Positions 19,082-30,361 are shown, counted from the stretch's first letter. The stretch is 64,000 nt of DNA from an uncultured Eubacteriaceae bacterium (GCA_964533615.1 CAZHMK010000005.1:141218-205217), one strand, 5' to 3'. The notes: generated from the letters alone by a model not told the origin. Translations and numbers: made by a program.

Positions 19082-19291
19082 TCCTTTTATATGTACAGAT
19101 AGTACTCTGTATATAATGTCATTCTTTTTTAAGTTTAGTACAGCGCAGGGTTATGTGTCAAGATAAGCATTTTGACATTATCGTAAAAATAATCGATCAT
19201 GATGAGAATATGACTATTTCATTTACTTTTTTATGTCCTCGCCGTGTATGGTGAAAAGAATGGGTGTTGATCATTTTATCATGCGTTTCAT

Positions 19292-20122
19292 TTACATAGG
19301 TTTATACCAGACATTCATGCTTTCTATCCTGCCTGCGATATCTGTATTATTGATCAATGTGCCGCAGTATGTGTATCCGTTTTTTGCAAACGTGATATTC
19401 ATTCCTTCGGATGTTGATCTGGCTATTGTATAGGCGGTTTTTATGTTTAGCTTTTTCAAGCGCTTTTCCATTTGAATCAGCAGATATCTTGCCAGAGAAT
19501 GCCCTCTATACTCACTTAAGACTGCAAAATCCGTCATTTCGGCATTTGAATATTTTTCTGATAATTCTATAGACGACAATGCTATCAGTTTATCTTTATC
19601 CCAGATCCCAAAATAGATGAGATTTTCATCCATTGTTTTTTGTATATATTCTTCTTGGTGGATCGGGAACGGATAAGTTTTAAAAACGTTTTTATACAGT
19701 GTGACCATTTGAGGAATAGCTTTTTTATCGGCTTCTTTGCATATAAAATTTTTTATTTTGCTGTCTGTATAAGGCGTGCTGCTTAAATGCTTTGTCATTT
19801 CAAGAATATTGGTACGAATGTTTAGAGCAAGATCAATAGTTCTGTTTTTATCAAGATATTTACTAAAAAAATATCCTGCTTCCTCTCCATTATAAAATCC
19901 TTCGATCACGGCTTCTATTGCGTAACCATTTAGGATAAACCAATCTTTGTAAGAGGCTCTGGCTTTGATGATTATTTTGGTGTATTTATTTTGACGGGCC
20001 AGTTCATCAAGATTTTGTGTGATGCCGGGCAGATCCCGCTCATCAAGCGACATCACATAAATTCTGTTGCTACCTTTTCCGTGCTGAACTGTGGAATGAC
20101 CGATATATACTATTTTATCCAT
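19292..20122 (-). CDS. ablB: Beta-lysine N6-acetyltransferase-like GNAT (AblB-type)
   Basis: About 276 aa. The C-terminal GNAT has [11 protein letters not shown]. Overlaps the aminomutase gene by 8 nt. The N-terminal [22 protein letters not shown] is typical of AblB-type proteins. Confidence 0.65.
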   Translation of the reverse strand: MDKIVYIGHSTVQHGKGSNRIYVMSLDERDLPGITQNLDELARQNKYTKIIIKARASYKDWFILNGYAIEAVIEGFYNGEEAGYFFSKYLDKNRTIDLALNIRTNILEMTKHLSSTPYTDSKIKNFICKEADKKAIPQMVTLYKNVFKTYPFPIHQEEYIQKTMDENLIYFGIWDKDKLIALSSIELSEKYSNAEMTDFAVLSEYRGHSLARYLLIQMEKRLKKLNIKTAYTIARSTSEGMNITFAKNGYTYCGTLINNTDIAGRIESMNVWYKPM

Positions 20123-21467
20123 TATAAAGCGTGTCCTCTAATTCTTCGTTTGGGATAAGTGTGATGATATCATTATAATCTGCCAGTAATTTTGTAATAC
20201 CAATTGTTTTATCATCTTCTACCTGCTCAAGTTTTAACTGAAGGGTGCAAGTATCACAGTCTAAATCACATTTAATATGATGATAACCCAAAGGTTCCTG
20301 ATAGGTGCTGATCATGCCTTCATAATTTCGCAGGACTACTTTATTGGTGGACCAGGATAAAAGATAATTTGGCATTACCGGGATCTTGCCTCCGCCTCCG
20401 GGCGCATCAATGACATATGTCGGCACTGCAAATCCGCTCGTATGGCCTCGCAGGCTCTCCATGATTTCTATTCCCTTGCCCACAGAGGTTCTGAAATGCT
20501 CGAGCCCTTCGGACAGATCACATTGATAAATATAATAAGGCCTTACTCTGTTTTTTACAAGTTTGTGCACCAAATTTTTCATGATTCTGGGACAATCATT
20601 GACATTGGCAAGAAGCACCGACTGATTGCCCAGAGGGATTCCGGCAAGCGCCAGCTTTTTTAAAGCTTCTTTTGCTGAGGTAGTGACTTCTTTGGGGTGA
20701 TTAAAATGTGTATTTATCCATATTGTTTTGTGATTTTTCAGCACTTTTATCAAATTATCCGTGATCCTGTATGGCAGTACGACCGGGGTTCTGGTGCCGA
20801 TCCTAACGACTTCAACATGTGGGATTTTATCCAGCTCTCCTAAAATCCAGTCAAGCAATTCATCCGAAAGCATAAAAGGATCACCGCCGGAGAGCAATAC
20901 ATCTCTGATGACGGTGTTTTGCCTGATATAGCTTAATCCTTCTTCAAGCTGTTGTTTTGAAGGGATGCAGTCACGATCGCCTACTTTTCTTTTCCGCGTG
21001 CAATGCCTGCAGTACATTGCGCATACATTGCTGACATGAAATAAAACCCTGTCGGGATAGCGATGAGTAATGCCGGGGGCCGGGCTGTCTGCATCTTCTG
21101 ACAGGGGATCTGCCATATCACAGTCTACTATGTGCAGTTCTCTTACATCCGGAAAGGCTTGCTTAAAAATCGGATCATTTTCGTAATCCTGTGTATCAAT
21201 CAGTGATAAATAATAGGGGGTAATAGACATTGGAAATACTTTTATGGTTTCTTCTATTTGTTTTCTTTTATCATTGGACAGTGAAATTCCTAAAATCATT
21301 TCGACAGTTTTAATATCTTTTATGGCGTGCTTTGCCTGCCATTTCCAATCTCTCCATAGCATATATGCTTTTTGCGAGATTTTTTCATTTTCAATTTTTT
21401 GTTTTGTCATTTCAATTGTTGATTGCATTATTTTCCTCCGTTTTTTTTTGCTTTGATGCTGATGCAA
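20115..21467 (-). CDS. ablA: Lysine 2,3-aminomutase (radical SAM, KamA/AblA)
   Basis: [12 protein letters not shown] (CxxxCxxC). The KamA-family layout includes the GGDPF..LSD region. RBS ggagg precedes the ATG. Confidence 0.85.
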   Translation of the reverse strand: MHQHQSKKKRRKIMQSTIEMTKQKIENEKISQKAYMLWRDWKWQAKHAIKDIKTVEMILGISLSNDKRKQIEETIKVFPMSITPYYLSLIDTQDYENDPIFKQAFPDVRELHIVDCDMADPLSEDADSPAPGITHRYPDRVLFHVSNVCAMYCRHCTRKRKVGDRDCIPSKQQLEEGLSYIRQNTVIRDVLLSGGDPFMLSDELLDWILGELDKIPHVEVVRIGTRTPVVLPYRITDNLIKVLKNHKTIWINTHFNHPKEVTTSAKEALKKLALAGIPLGNQSVLLANVNDCPRIMKNLVHKLVKNRVRPYYIYQCDLSEGLEHFRTSVGKGIEIMESLRGHTSGFAVPTYVIDAPGGGGKIPVMPNYLLSWSTNKVVLRNYEGMISTYQEPLGYHHIKCDLDCDTCTLQLKLEQVEDDKTIGITKLLADYNDIITLIPNEELEDTLYNG

Positions 21468-21539
21468 ATCAGCGATTGGTATTTATCAAGCCTTACGTAG
21501 AATGTATCATTTTGAACATAAGAAAATGCATTCCGTACG

Positions 21540-21585
21540 AAAAAAAACACTCCAGACTCTATAAATGCATAGAGTTAGAGTGTTT
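21540..21585 (-). terminator. Intrinsic terminator inside the ablA leader (attenuator candidate)
   Basis: On the minus strand: aaacactctaactctatgcatttatagagtctggagtgttt followed by T8. It ends about 75 nt upstream of the ablA ATG. Confidence 0.6.
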
Positions 21586-21813
21586 AAGCTTTCCTGATTT
21601 TATCAGTTCACTTTATACTACGCGATTGTAATATAGATCATGACCTTTTGATCCTAATCAAACCCCAGTTCTATATGTATTTTTCATCAGGATTTTCGAC
21701 TATATGTTGGCTGGCTTATCTTTCCCCACTTTAAAAAACCGGCGTGAAAAAATTCACAAACCGTCTACTCAACCTGATTACTTCATATAATAAAACTTAA
21801 TAAATATAATATC

Positions 21814-21842
21814 AGTATAACATGATTATATGCCGAGGTCAA
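21814..21842 (-). promoter_or_regulatory. Candidate promoter of the ablAB leader
   Basis: On the minus strand: TTGACC (21837-21842), a 17-nt spacer, then TATACT (21814-21819). Confidence 0.4.
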
Positions 21843-21949
21843 TTTTACGCAATGATACTGTCTGCTTATCTGCATAGATGAAAGATTGTTTTGAGATTGA
21901 CGAAAGGGATAAGCGGATTATGATGAAAAGCAAATAAGAAGGATTGATT

Positions 21950-22560
21950 TGTTTTTTCTTCAGAAAATTTGCCCTGCCGGAAGAGCAGGCACGTTTAGCA
22001 TGATATCTGTTCAGTTTGTAAAAAGAAAGTGAGTCTATTGGCTATTGAGAGGAGGGTGTTGTAAGGGCGGGTGAACGCAGGAAAGCTCCTATGATTGCAT
22101 GTAAAGCTGGAGAATGATTGATTATTTGAAGAAAAGCCCTTCGCAGGATCTGTAGGCACGCTCAGAATGATACCATTTTGTTTTTCAAAGAGTGGGTGAA
22201 CGTAGTTCGGGTGTTTGGATTGGTTTAATATGCATTATAAAAAGGAAGGCAGTCGGTTTTTAGATAAAAAATAATTACCGGGGATGAGAGCGGGTTGATA
22301 ATTTATGAAAAGAAATCCAATTTTCCAGATTCTTGGACACGTTCAGAATGACACCATACTATCTGTCGAGGAGCGTGCGAATCCCGGTGAGGGGGTTTGG
22401 ATTGGGGCTAATATGTATTATGTATCGGGTAGTTTGATGATTTTATAAGAAGACACTCCACCCTGCCGAATTCTCAGACCGGCTTAAAATGACGCTGCCT
22501 CTTGATTTATATTAAACAGACAGAAGAGAGTCATCTTAAGATTTACGCGAGGAGCGGGTA
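21950..22560 (+). repeat. Dispersed repeat family, cluster 4 (diverged ~180-bp modules)
   Basis: Cores at about 21971-22007, 22137-22173, 22321-22354 and 22459-22496. The flanks are conserved (..atttgaagaaaagccc.. / ..ggtttggattgg..taatatg.attat..). Confidence 0.75.
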
Positions 22561-22906
22561 AGGGTTATTGATTAAAAATAGTTTATATATTTATTTAGAA
22601 ACAAAAAAGCTTGGATAATAGAGTCACTCATAGAGCAGTAAGTTTGGTCTTTATAACAGGCAATTAAATTGCCTGTTATTTTTATTGTTCCAACTCAGCC
22701 ACCTTTCTTCTATGATTAATTGAATAAAAGCAACCCATATTATTAAACTAATTTAATACAAGATGTGAGTGCAAAACGGTTTAAAAGTTATATAATAATT
22801 ATTGGATGTTTAAGTTAATTGAAACCTATGTGTTTTCTTAGATAGTTAGAAGCTGATTTAATATCTTTATTCAATAACAAGCATTTTCAAAAAGTGAGGT
22901 GTAAAA

Positions 22907-24514
22907 ATGAGTATTGATGAATTTTATCATCAAATAGAAAACATAAAATATCTCAAGAATATACATGGAAAAAAAGTTTGGGTTCAAGTTTCCGGCAATC
23001 GAAATCTTAATGGTGCCGACGCTTGTTTTTGGGCTGCTCTAATTCCTATAGAAGATCTTGAGAGCGTCTATCAAGATTATAGCTTCGATAATACGATTGG
23101 CACACAAGCACCATGTTTTGTTGAAAGTGGAGGGAAGGTGACATATGAAAAGTCATTTTATGGAAATAATAGGTCTGAAAATATCGTTCATTATCGAGAA
23201 TTTTATGGGATAAAACCCAGTTATGTAGAACTTTCAGAAGAGTTTAGGTTGTTAAATAATTTATATTTTGACACAAAAAACAATAAATATTTTGCTATTC
23301 TAAACAACGGTGAAAGCGAGGAAGTAGCTAAAATAGAAAATGAAACGAACACTTATGTTAAACTAAAGTACTTAACTAAATACTCTGCCGCTAAACAAAT
23401 GGCTTTATTACTATTTTTCGATATAAGAACTAAAATTCCAGGAAGCCTACGAGATAATAATTTAGTTGCATTTTCTAAAACCGTGAAAAAAGATGATTTA
23501 TTTTATGGTATTTGGGGCGGTGAAATGAAATTGATAGGGAGTAATGTATTTAGTGTAATTATGGGAAAAAAAATTATTAAACCTAAACCGATAGAGCAAA
23601 GTGGCTATTGGCCATTTGAAGAGGAAACACAATATCAAGATTATATTATCGGAGTTGATGAAAATGGCGATCCAGAATCATATACATCTAATCCAGACAA
23701 ACTTGCAAATTATTTTGGGTCTAACCCCAATGCCCCGCATTATTTAACACCTGTATTCTTCAAGAAAGAAGTACTGCAAAAATATTTATCACATCCAGAA
23801 ATATATAGCGTGGAAGATGGGCGTTTAAGGTGTCAATACCTATGGGGTATGGCCATTGATAATCACCATAAGAATTGCATATCTGCTTACTTAGGCGATC
23901 TCGGACGCGATCTTCCTAGCGAAGAGCAGTTACACTGGAAGAGCTATAATATTGTTTCTGAAGAAAATTTAAGTATGGTAAAGTTCAAGAGAGATTTTTT
24001 ATGTGTGTTTACCGAAGCGGAAATTATTGATTTAAAATTTAAGGTTGATTATAAGAAATTTCAGGAAAAATGGCAGAAAAAATACGGATGGGATTTTTTC
24101 TTACCTCTTTCTGCTAAAGATGCATATAATTTCAAACAACTGCGCATACCTGTGACTAACAGTCAAGAGGAGTTTGACCATTTAGTTTTGTCATTAGTTA
24201 AGTCAATAATAGATTCGTTAAATGAAAAAGAAATCTTAAAGCAATTAGATAATCCAGAAGGATTAAAAGGTAGTATTGCAAAGTTAGAAAGATTTCTATC
24301 AGAAAAGGATGCTGGGGATTATGAGATACATATTAAATTTTTAAGGAATCTCCAAGAACTTCGATCTACAGGGACGGGTCATAGAAAGGGTAAATCATAT
24401 GAAAAAATCGCTCATATTTTTAATATTAGAGATGATAATTTTTCAGATGCTTTTGAGTCAATCTTGCAATGTGCAGACGATTTAATACTATTTTTAATAA
24501 ATGGGTTATTATGA
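22907..24514 (+). CDS. Orphan 535-aa protein, possible C-terminal HEPN-like domain
   Basis: RBS gtgaggtg. AT-rich island. The only motif seen is FLRNLQELRSTGTGHRKG (R-x5-H) near the C-terminus. The N-terminal ~430 aa are unassigned. Confidence 0.7.
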   Translation: MSIDEFYHQIENIKYLKNIHGKKVWVQVSGNRNLNGADACFWAALIPIEDLESVYQDYSFDNTIGTQAPCFVESGGKVTYEKSFYGNNRSENIVHYREFYGIKPSYVELSEEFRLLNNLYFDTKNNKYFAILNNGESEEVAKIENETNTYVKLKYLTKYSAAKQMALLLFFDIRTKIPGSLRDNNLVAFSKTVKKDDLFYGIWGGEMKLIGSNVFSVIMGKKIIKPKPIEQSGYWPFEEETQYQDYIIGVDENGDPESYTSNPDKLANYFGSNPNAPHYLTPVFFKKEVLQKYLSHPEIYSVEDGRLRCQYLWGMAIDNHHKNCISAYLGDLGRDLPSEEQLHWKSYNIVSEENLSMVKFKRDFLCVFTEAEIIDLKFKVDYKKFQEKWQKKYGWDFFLPLSAKDAYNFKQLRIPVTNSQEEFDHLVLSLVKSIIDSLNEKEILKQLDNPEGLKGSIAKLERFLSEKDAGDYEIHIKFLRNLQELRSTGTGHRKGKSYEKIAHIFNIRDDNFSDAFESILQCADDLILFLINGLL

Positions 24515-24639
24515 ATGTAAATCATACTCGAAGTTGCGACCTCCTATACTTTATTTGTACATTGACTTTAACAAACAAAATAAAGACCACTTCAAAGCAA
24601 GTGATGTTTATGCTGTCATAATTCGATTCCGCTTTGCTG

Positions 24640-24670
24640 CTCATGAGAGCTCTCATGAGTCCAAGCTTTT
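24640..24670 (+). terminator. Terminator (20-bp perfect palindrome)
   Basis: ctcatgagagctctcatgag followed by tccaagcttttt. Confidence 0.6.
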
Positions 24671-24694
24671 TATGTATATTTTAATTTGTATTTA

Positions 24695-25309
24695 TTAAGA
24701 AAGCTCCGCTTCGGTGACGATGTCTTTTTCGAGCGAGTCGCGTTTGACTTCCTCATAAAAGCCCGAGAAAGAAGCGCCCATATAGGGACCGACATAGAAG
24801 AACATAAGCAGTCCGCCGGTGAGAGCCGAGAGGAACATCCAGCCCAAAAAACTGAGATAAAATACAAAAAGATCCATTTTGCGGCCGTTCATCATGCGCA
24901 TTGAAAGCTTGAGTGCGTCTTGAGCTTTTACGTTGGGGCAGTCGGCAAGAATAAAAGGGGTCAGGGCATACGAGAAAGATTTGATAATGCCGGGGATTAT
25001 GAAGAGAAGTGTCCAAAGAAAAATAAATAATTCCATCCAAAGATATCCACCCACATTGCGCCCGAAATCATGAAACCCTTTGTTGAACATGGTGCCGAAA
25101 TCCGGGCTTTGCCCGCGGTAAATAAGTAAAAAGAACCAGCACAGCCCTACCGTCAAAGGCCCCGAAAGGATCAGCGAGCCGATGCCGAATGTCACAGCGC
25201 TAGCTCCGGCCATAATTGCGGCAAAGACGACGATAACACCCACTTGTGTCCAGTAGTCTTGCCTGATCAATGTTTTTGCATAAGTTTTGATTTCTACTCT
25301 TGACTTCAT
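24695..25309 (-). CDS. DUF975 family membrane protein
   Basis: LWTLLFIIPGIIKSFSYALTPFILADCP...LSFLGW...YVGPY matches the DUF975 signature pattern. Confidence 0.8.
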   Translation of the reverse strand: MKSRVEIKTYAKTLIRQDYWTQVGVIVVFAAIMAGASAVTFGIGSLILSGPLTVGLCWFFLLIYRGQSPDFGTMFNKGFHDFGRNVGGYLWMELFIFLWTLLFIIPGIIKSFSYALTPFILADCPNVKAQDALKLSMRMMNGRKMDLFVFYLSFLGWMFLSALTGGLLMFFYVGPYMGASFSGFYEEVKRDSLEKDIVTEAELS

Positions 25310-25519
25310 TTTTTCCTCCTTACAGACTATACTGCATCATGCAGCACAGAACGTTGATATGTTGCGATCATACGCCATTATAAATACCATTTTTATGATA
25401 CATTTGTTTAAAGATTTTGTCTATAAGGAATTAAAAATTGATGAAAGATGTAAATCTTTGCATAAAAAAGCGTAAAGAATGATTGTATGAAATAAATAAA
25501 ATTATTTATATAATGAAAT

Positions 25520-26275
25520 TTAATCTATAGTAGCATTTTGTAAAAGCTGTTTCAATTGTTTTAGTCTTTCCTGTACCAAAATTGAACAGGGTTCTTTTAC
25601 TTCGCTCTCGCTTCGTCCCAAAACAAAAGTGATATGACGCCTGCACGTGCTTTCGGCCGTATCTTTGTTTTTAAAGCTGATCGAATCGAAAATAAGGAAA
25701 TGTTCGCGAATAATAAAGTCATATGTATCTTTATCTGCCATGATATAAATGCGGTATTTATTGATTTGGGATTTGATATTTTTATAAGCATCAATCAGAT
25801 ATTTGTTTTTGCTGCAAAGCACAATATATTCATGGAAGATATCTTCTGAAATCAGCATATTTTTGTAATCTCCGGAGTGATATGCGTTTTCGATTTGTTT
25901 CGCGTAATCCTCTAATTGCGTGATTTCTTTATCTGTAACTCTCGCGGCCGCACAGCCTGCCGCCTGTGGTTCTATGAGATATCTGAAATTCGTTAAATCG
26001 AAGTAATCATTTGCGTTAAGAGGCGCAACAACAGCAGATTTTTTATAGTTTCTGATAACATATCCTTCTTTTTCCAGCATATGTATCGCTTCTCTGACAG
26101 GAGAGCGGCTCACATCTAAAGATTCCGCAATGTAGGATTCCACCAGTACTGTTTCGGGCAAAAAAATAAAATTAATAATCTCGTAAAGCAAAATTTCATA
26201 GATTGCCTGTGTAATAGATATAAACGGATTTTCATTTAATTTATTGGTTAAATCATCTTTATTTATTTTAATCAC
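25520..26275 (-). CDS. GntR family transcriptional regulator (FadR/FCD type)
   Basis: wHTH ESYIAESLDVSRSPVREAIHMLEKEGYV followed by a helical effector domain. Confidence 0.85.
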   Translation of the reverse strand: MIKINKDDLTNKLNENPFISITQAIYEILLYEIINFIFLPETVLVESYIAESLDVSRSPVREAIHMLEKEGYVIRNYKKSAVVAPLNANDYFDLTNFRYLIEPQAAGCAAARVTDKEITQLEDYAKQIENAYHSGDYKNMLISEDIFHEYIVLCSKNKYLIDAYKNIKSQINKYRIYIMADKDTYDFIIREHFLIFDSISFKNKDTAESTCRRHITFVLGRSESEVKEPCSILVQERLKQLKQLLQNATID

Positions 26276-26472
26276 CTTTTTATCATTTGGTACACTAATA
26301 TTATAATTCCTTTGTCTTTATTTCGCAACAACATGTTCATAAAAAAGTACATAACAGCATAAAAATACGTGAAATAACATTCAATGTAAACGTTATGTTT
26401 ATATTTTGACACTTGAAAATCGAAGTGATATAAAATGAAAAGATATGCTAAGCGGAGGAATTATAAATTATT

Positions 26473-27774
26473 ATGAATTTTAAAAATGAATATGCAAAAA
26501 AGTTAACAACGCCTGCTGAGGCGGTGAGCAGAATAATAAACGGTGACAAAATCGCCGTACAGGCATCGAGCCAATGCTCTGTGATTTTACTCAATGAATT
26601 ATACAAAATAAAAAATGAATTAAATGATGTTATCGTCTCATCCTCTCTTTCTGTTCGAGGACATGATATTTTCAATGCCGACTGTAATGAAAACATACAT
26701 TATATTTCTTCATTTTTGGGCGCATACGAACGTGATGCGATAAAAAAAGGGAGAAAAATCGATTATTATTGCTTCCAGCTGAGAAATGCCGAAAAAGTTA
26801 TACGAACAAGGTTGCAGCCGACCGTCTTATTTATCATGGCATGCCCGATGGACGAGGAAGGATATTTTAATTTAAGCCTGTCTCCCGGGGACATGGATGC
26901 ATTCACAAAAGATGCAAGAGAAGTGATTGTGCAGGTCAATGACCGGCTTCCGCATATAAACGGATACAAAGTACATATCAGTGAGGTAACCGCATTATTT
27001 GAGGAAAGTGAGGAAGTTGCCGAACTTCAGTCCGGGGAACCCGATGATACGGAAAAGAAAGTGGCATCTTACATTGTTGACAGGATCCCAAACAAGGCGT
27101 GTTTACAAATAGGTATAGGAGGAATCTCGAATGCGGTGGGATACAGCCTTAAAGATCATAAGCATCTTGGGATTCATACGGAAATGTACACGGAGTCCAT
27201 GTTTTCTTTAACACAGAAAGGCGCAGTAGACAACAGCGCCAAACAAGTGTACAAGGGAATATCTGTCATGGGTTTTGCAATGGGAAGCAGCGAAATGTAT
27301 ACATTTTTAGATCATAATCCAAATGTATTGGCAAAATCCGTTTCTTATACAAACGATCCTTACATCATAGCACAGCAGGATAATTTTGTTTCGGTAAACA
27401 GCTGTATCAGCACCGACATCACGGGGCAGGTATGCAGTGAGTCTATAGGAAGCAGGCAGTTCAGCGGAACAGGCGGCCAGCTGGATTTTGTAAGAGGGGC
27501 TCAAATGAGCAAGGGCGGGATGTCGTTTATAGCGATGAAATCAACAAATACCAAAAAAGACGGTACCGTTACATCAAAAATTGTTTTCAATCATCCCATG
27601 GGAACAGTGATTACAACACCGCGTACAGATGTGCAGTATATCGTGACCGAATACGGTGTTGCGGATATGCTCAATCAGTCGGCCGCAGGCAGAGCAAAAG
27701 AACTCATTAAAATCGCGCATCCAAATTTTCGGGATGAATTAAAGCATCAGGCCAAGCAAGCAGACATTTTATAA
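26473..27774 (+). CDS. Acetyl-CoA hydrolase/CoA-transferase family enzyme (4-hydroxybutyrate/butyryl-CoA:acetate type)
   Basis: Family layout with QIGIGGISNAVG and GIHTEMYTES (catalytic Glu region). 433 aa. Confidence 0.8.
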   Translation: MNFKNEYAKKLTTPAEAVSRIINGDKIAVQASSQCSVILLNELYKIKNELNDVIVSSSLSVRGHDIFNADCNENIHYISSFLGAYERDAIKKGRKIDYYCFQLRNAEKVIRTRLQPTVLFIMACPMDEEGYFNLSLSPGDMDAFTKDAREVIVQVNDRLPHINGYKVHISEVTALFEESEEVAELQSGEPDDTEKKVASYIVDRIPNKACLQIGIGGISNAVGYSLKDHKHLGIHTEMYTESMFSLTQKGAVDNSAKQVYKGISVMGFAMGSSEMYTFLDHNPNVLAKSVSYTNDPYIIAQQDNFVSVNSCISTDITGQVCSESIGSRQFSGTGGQLDFVRGAQMSKGGMSFIAMKSTNTKKDGTVTSKIVFNHPMGTVITTPRTDVQYIVTEYGVADMLNQSAAGRAKELIKIAHPNFRDELKHQAKQADIL

Positions 27775-27819
27775 AGTTTTCAGGAAAATCAGACAAAAAT
27801 ATTTAAAGGAGCTTTCATT

Positions 27820-29052
27820 TTGGAAACAGTGAAAATAAAGCAAGTAAACCGAATAAAAGTATTGCTTATGGGCATGTTTGTTATGTCATTTGGCGGTATC
27901 AGCTATTCGTGGAGTATTATTCAACCTTTTATAATGAGTCACTACGCAATTGATGCAGCTGCCGCAAGCGTGCCCTTTTCGATGAATCTTGGAATATTTG
28001 TCGTAGGATGCATCATAGGCGGCAGGCTTCAGACTCGGTATTCGATTCGAAAAGCTTTGAGATTTGGAATTATTATAAGTTTTTCAGGCTTATTTTTTAC
28101 GGGACTCGTACCGGCAAGGATGCCCTGGCTGCTTACGGTTACATTTGGGGCATTTACAGGTATTGGAGGGGGCATTGTCTATAACACTTTGATAGCGGCA
28201 ATGCAAAAATATTTTCCCGATAAAAAAGGTATGGCCGGCGGAGCAATTCTTTGCATGATCGGTCTATCCGGTTTTTATATGTCGCCCTTTATTAACTTTC
28301 TTTTAAACAATTACAGTTTAAGAGTAATGTTTTTATTAGTAGCTATTCTAACTTTGGCTGTCGGGTTAGTCGGAAGTATATACGTCAAAGAACCTCCGTA
28401 CGGATATATGGCCAACTATCAGACAGCAAACAACAAAGCGCTGTCTTCAGCGAAGCAGTATGAGCCCAAAGAGATGCTGAAAACAAAATATTACTACATT
28501 ATTACCATATCCATGTTTTTAGCGGTTCCCGGGTTTATGCTGATCAGTCCTCAATTCGTGCTTATCAGCTCGCAGCGCATGATCACAAGCACACAGGCCC
28601 TCAGCGCAGTGATGCTGGCATCCATATTTCAGGCTGTGGGCCGTTTGGTTGTGCCTTCCCTGTCGGATAAGGTGGGCAGAAAAATCACGCTGATTTGTGT
28701 ATTTGGTTTTAGTACCGCCTGTATTACGGGGCTTGTTATGGCAAAGGGAATGCTCTATCCCGTCTTGTTTGTGGCTCTGGCGTTTTTTTACGGCGGCACG
28801 CTGGGCACTTTCCCCGCGCTTTCAACGGATTATTTTGGAATAAAAAATGCCGGGATCAATTACGGGTTTATTATGATAGGTTTCGGGCTCGCGTCCCTGC
28901 TTTGCCCGGTGCTTATAAAGGCCGTGCAAGGCACGAGTCTTGGGGTTGCGCTATCCTTTGTGATAGCGGGGGTAGCGTGCGTGTTAGGGCTTATACTGCT
29001 GTCGCGGTTAAAAAGCCCGGATCACGAACAAGCCGGCCGATTGGATCAATAA
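27820..29052 (+). CDS. MFS transporter (oxalate/formate antiporter-like)
   Basis: 12-TM layout. TTG start lies 8 nt after RBS aaggag. Confidence 0.8.
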   Translation: METVKIKQVNRIKVLLMGMFVMSFGGISYSWSIIQPFIMSHYAIDAAAASVPFSMNLGIFVVGCIIGGRLQTRYSIRKALRFGIIISFSGLFFTGLVPARMPWLLTVTFGAFTGIGGGIVYNTLIAAMQKYFPDKKGMAGGAILCMIGLSGFYMSPFINFLLNNYSLRVMFLLVAILTLAVGLVGSIYVKEPPYGYMANYQTANNKALSSAKQYEPKEMLKTKYYYIITISMFLAVPGFMLISPQFVLISSQRMITSTQALSAVMLASIFQAVGRLVVPSLSDKVGRKITLICVFGFSTACITGLVMAKGMLYPVLFVALAFFYGGTLGTFPALSTDYFGIKNAGINYGFIMIGFGLASLLCPVLIKAVQGTSLGVALSFVIAGVACVLGLILLSRLKSPDHEQAGRLDQ

Positions 29053-29104
29053 GTTTATATTTTGAATATATTGTTTAAATTCTATATGGAGGTTATTTTT
29101 TATT

Positions 29105-30310
29105 ATGCAAACAACTGCTAAGGGAAAACTTAACAAAGGACATTATTTTACAAGCATCAGCGTAGGGGTTGCCGCAGTTTGGTTCTCATCTCACTGCGGA
29201 GCCGGGTTCGCATCGGGCACACAAGAAGTGCATTATTTTGTGCAGCACGGGTTTTTAGGTGCAATTTTACCTGTTTTTTCGATGACACTGGTCGGACTTA
29301 TCATGTATATATCGCTCGAAATGAGTCGGCTGTATTCTGTGTTTACATATATTGAGATCGTCAACAAAGTATATGACCCAATTCAGTTCGTGATGGGTAA
29401 AATATACGATGTCATATCTCTTATAACGCTACCGTTGGCACCGGCGGCATGTCTCGCGGGCGGTGCCGTGCTGTTTAACCAATATTTTGGCATTCCAAAC
29501 TTTTTTGGGACATTGATTATGCTTATACTTACCGTATTTGTATGCATATTCGGTGCTAAATTTGTCAGAATGTTTGGCTCGGCATTAACGATCATAATGA
29601 TCGTATGCGTAGCTGTTATCACCGGATATGGCATCATTGCGCAATGGAGTAATATCTCCATGCATTTTGCGGATAAAGTAGTTTACACATCCTATCCAAA
29701 AGCTATATGGGGAGCGGTGTTATACGGATTGTTTCAAGCCGGCATTTGGTCGGCGGGGGCTTCTTCGGCGGTTGGCATAAGGTACCGTAATGAGCCAAAA
29801 GGCACCGCAATCTTAGGCATTATTTTGAATTCGTTTATGCTGTGTGCTGTTTGCCTTATGCTGATAGGCGGAATGCCGACGGTTGCAACTGATGCGCAGG
29901 CTCAATTGCTGCCTACCCTTTTTGTCGTAAACTCACTGGATAGTCAGGTCTTTAAAGTCATTTATCCGTTATTGTTATTCATGGCTCTTGTTACAACGGC
30001 CGTGGGCTTTGTATTTGCGGCTCAATCCAGACTGAAACTGATTTTCTTCAAGAAAATGAAAAATGAAAAACTGAAAAACGGCATTATCGCCACAGGCTGG
30101 ACAATCATTATCTGGATCATATCTCAAGTAGGACTTATTGCGATTATCAGCAAAGGATATGCCTACACCGGATATATAAATATATTTACTTTGGTAATAC
30201 CTTTCTTTACACTGGGTATTAGAAATATTAAAAGAGCGCGTAGACTTGAAGAAGCCGGCGAACTGCCGCCAGGCGTATCAAATCTTGTAGAACCAGCAAG
30301 CGGAAATTAA
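29105..30310 (+). CDS. YkvI-family membrane transporter-like protein
   Basis: The N-terminal HCGAGFASGTQEVHYF motif is typical of YkvI-like proteins. Polytopic. Confidence 0.6.
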   Translation: MQTTAKGKLNKGHYFTSISVGVAAVWFSSHCGAGFASGTQEVHYFVQHGFLGAILPVFSMTLVGLIMYISLEMSRLYSVFTYIEIVNKVYDPIQFVMGKIYDVISLITLPLAPAACLAGGAVLFNQYFGIPNFFGTLIMLILTVFVCIFGAKFVRMFGSALTIIMIVCVAVITGYGIIAQWSNISMHFADKVVYTSYPKAIWGAVLYGLFQAGIWSAGASSAVGIRYRNEPKGTAILGIILNSFMLCAVCLMLIGGMPTVATDAQAQLLPTLFVVNSLDSQVFKVIYPLLLFMALVTTAVGFVFAAQSRLKLIFFKKMKNEKLKNGIIATGWTIIIWIISQVGLIAIISKGYAYTGYINIFTLVIPFFTLGIRNIKRARRLEEAGELPPGVSNLVEPASGN

Positions 30311-30361
30311 AGTATAATTTAATATTATAAATAAACAATGTATTCAATTATAATATTTTAG

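Noticed and set aside
21468-21842. I tried to assign the ablA leader to a named riboswitch class (lysine L-box, ydaO/c-di-AMP, T-box, glycine).
   Set aside because: I could not find the conserved core sequences of any of these by eye. Only the terminator hairpins are supportable without a covariance-model search.
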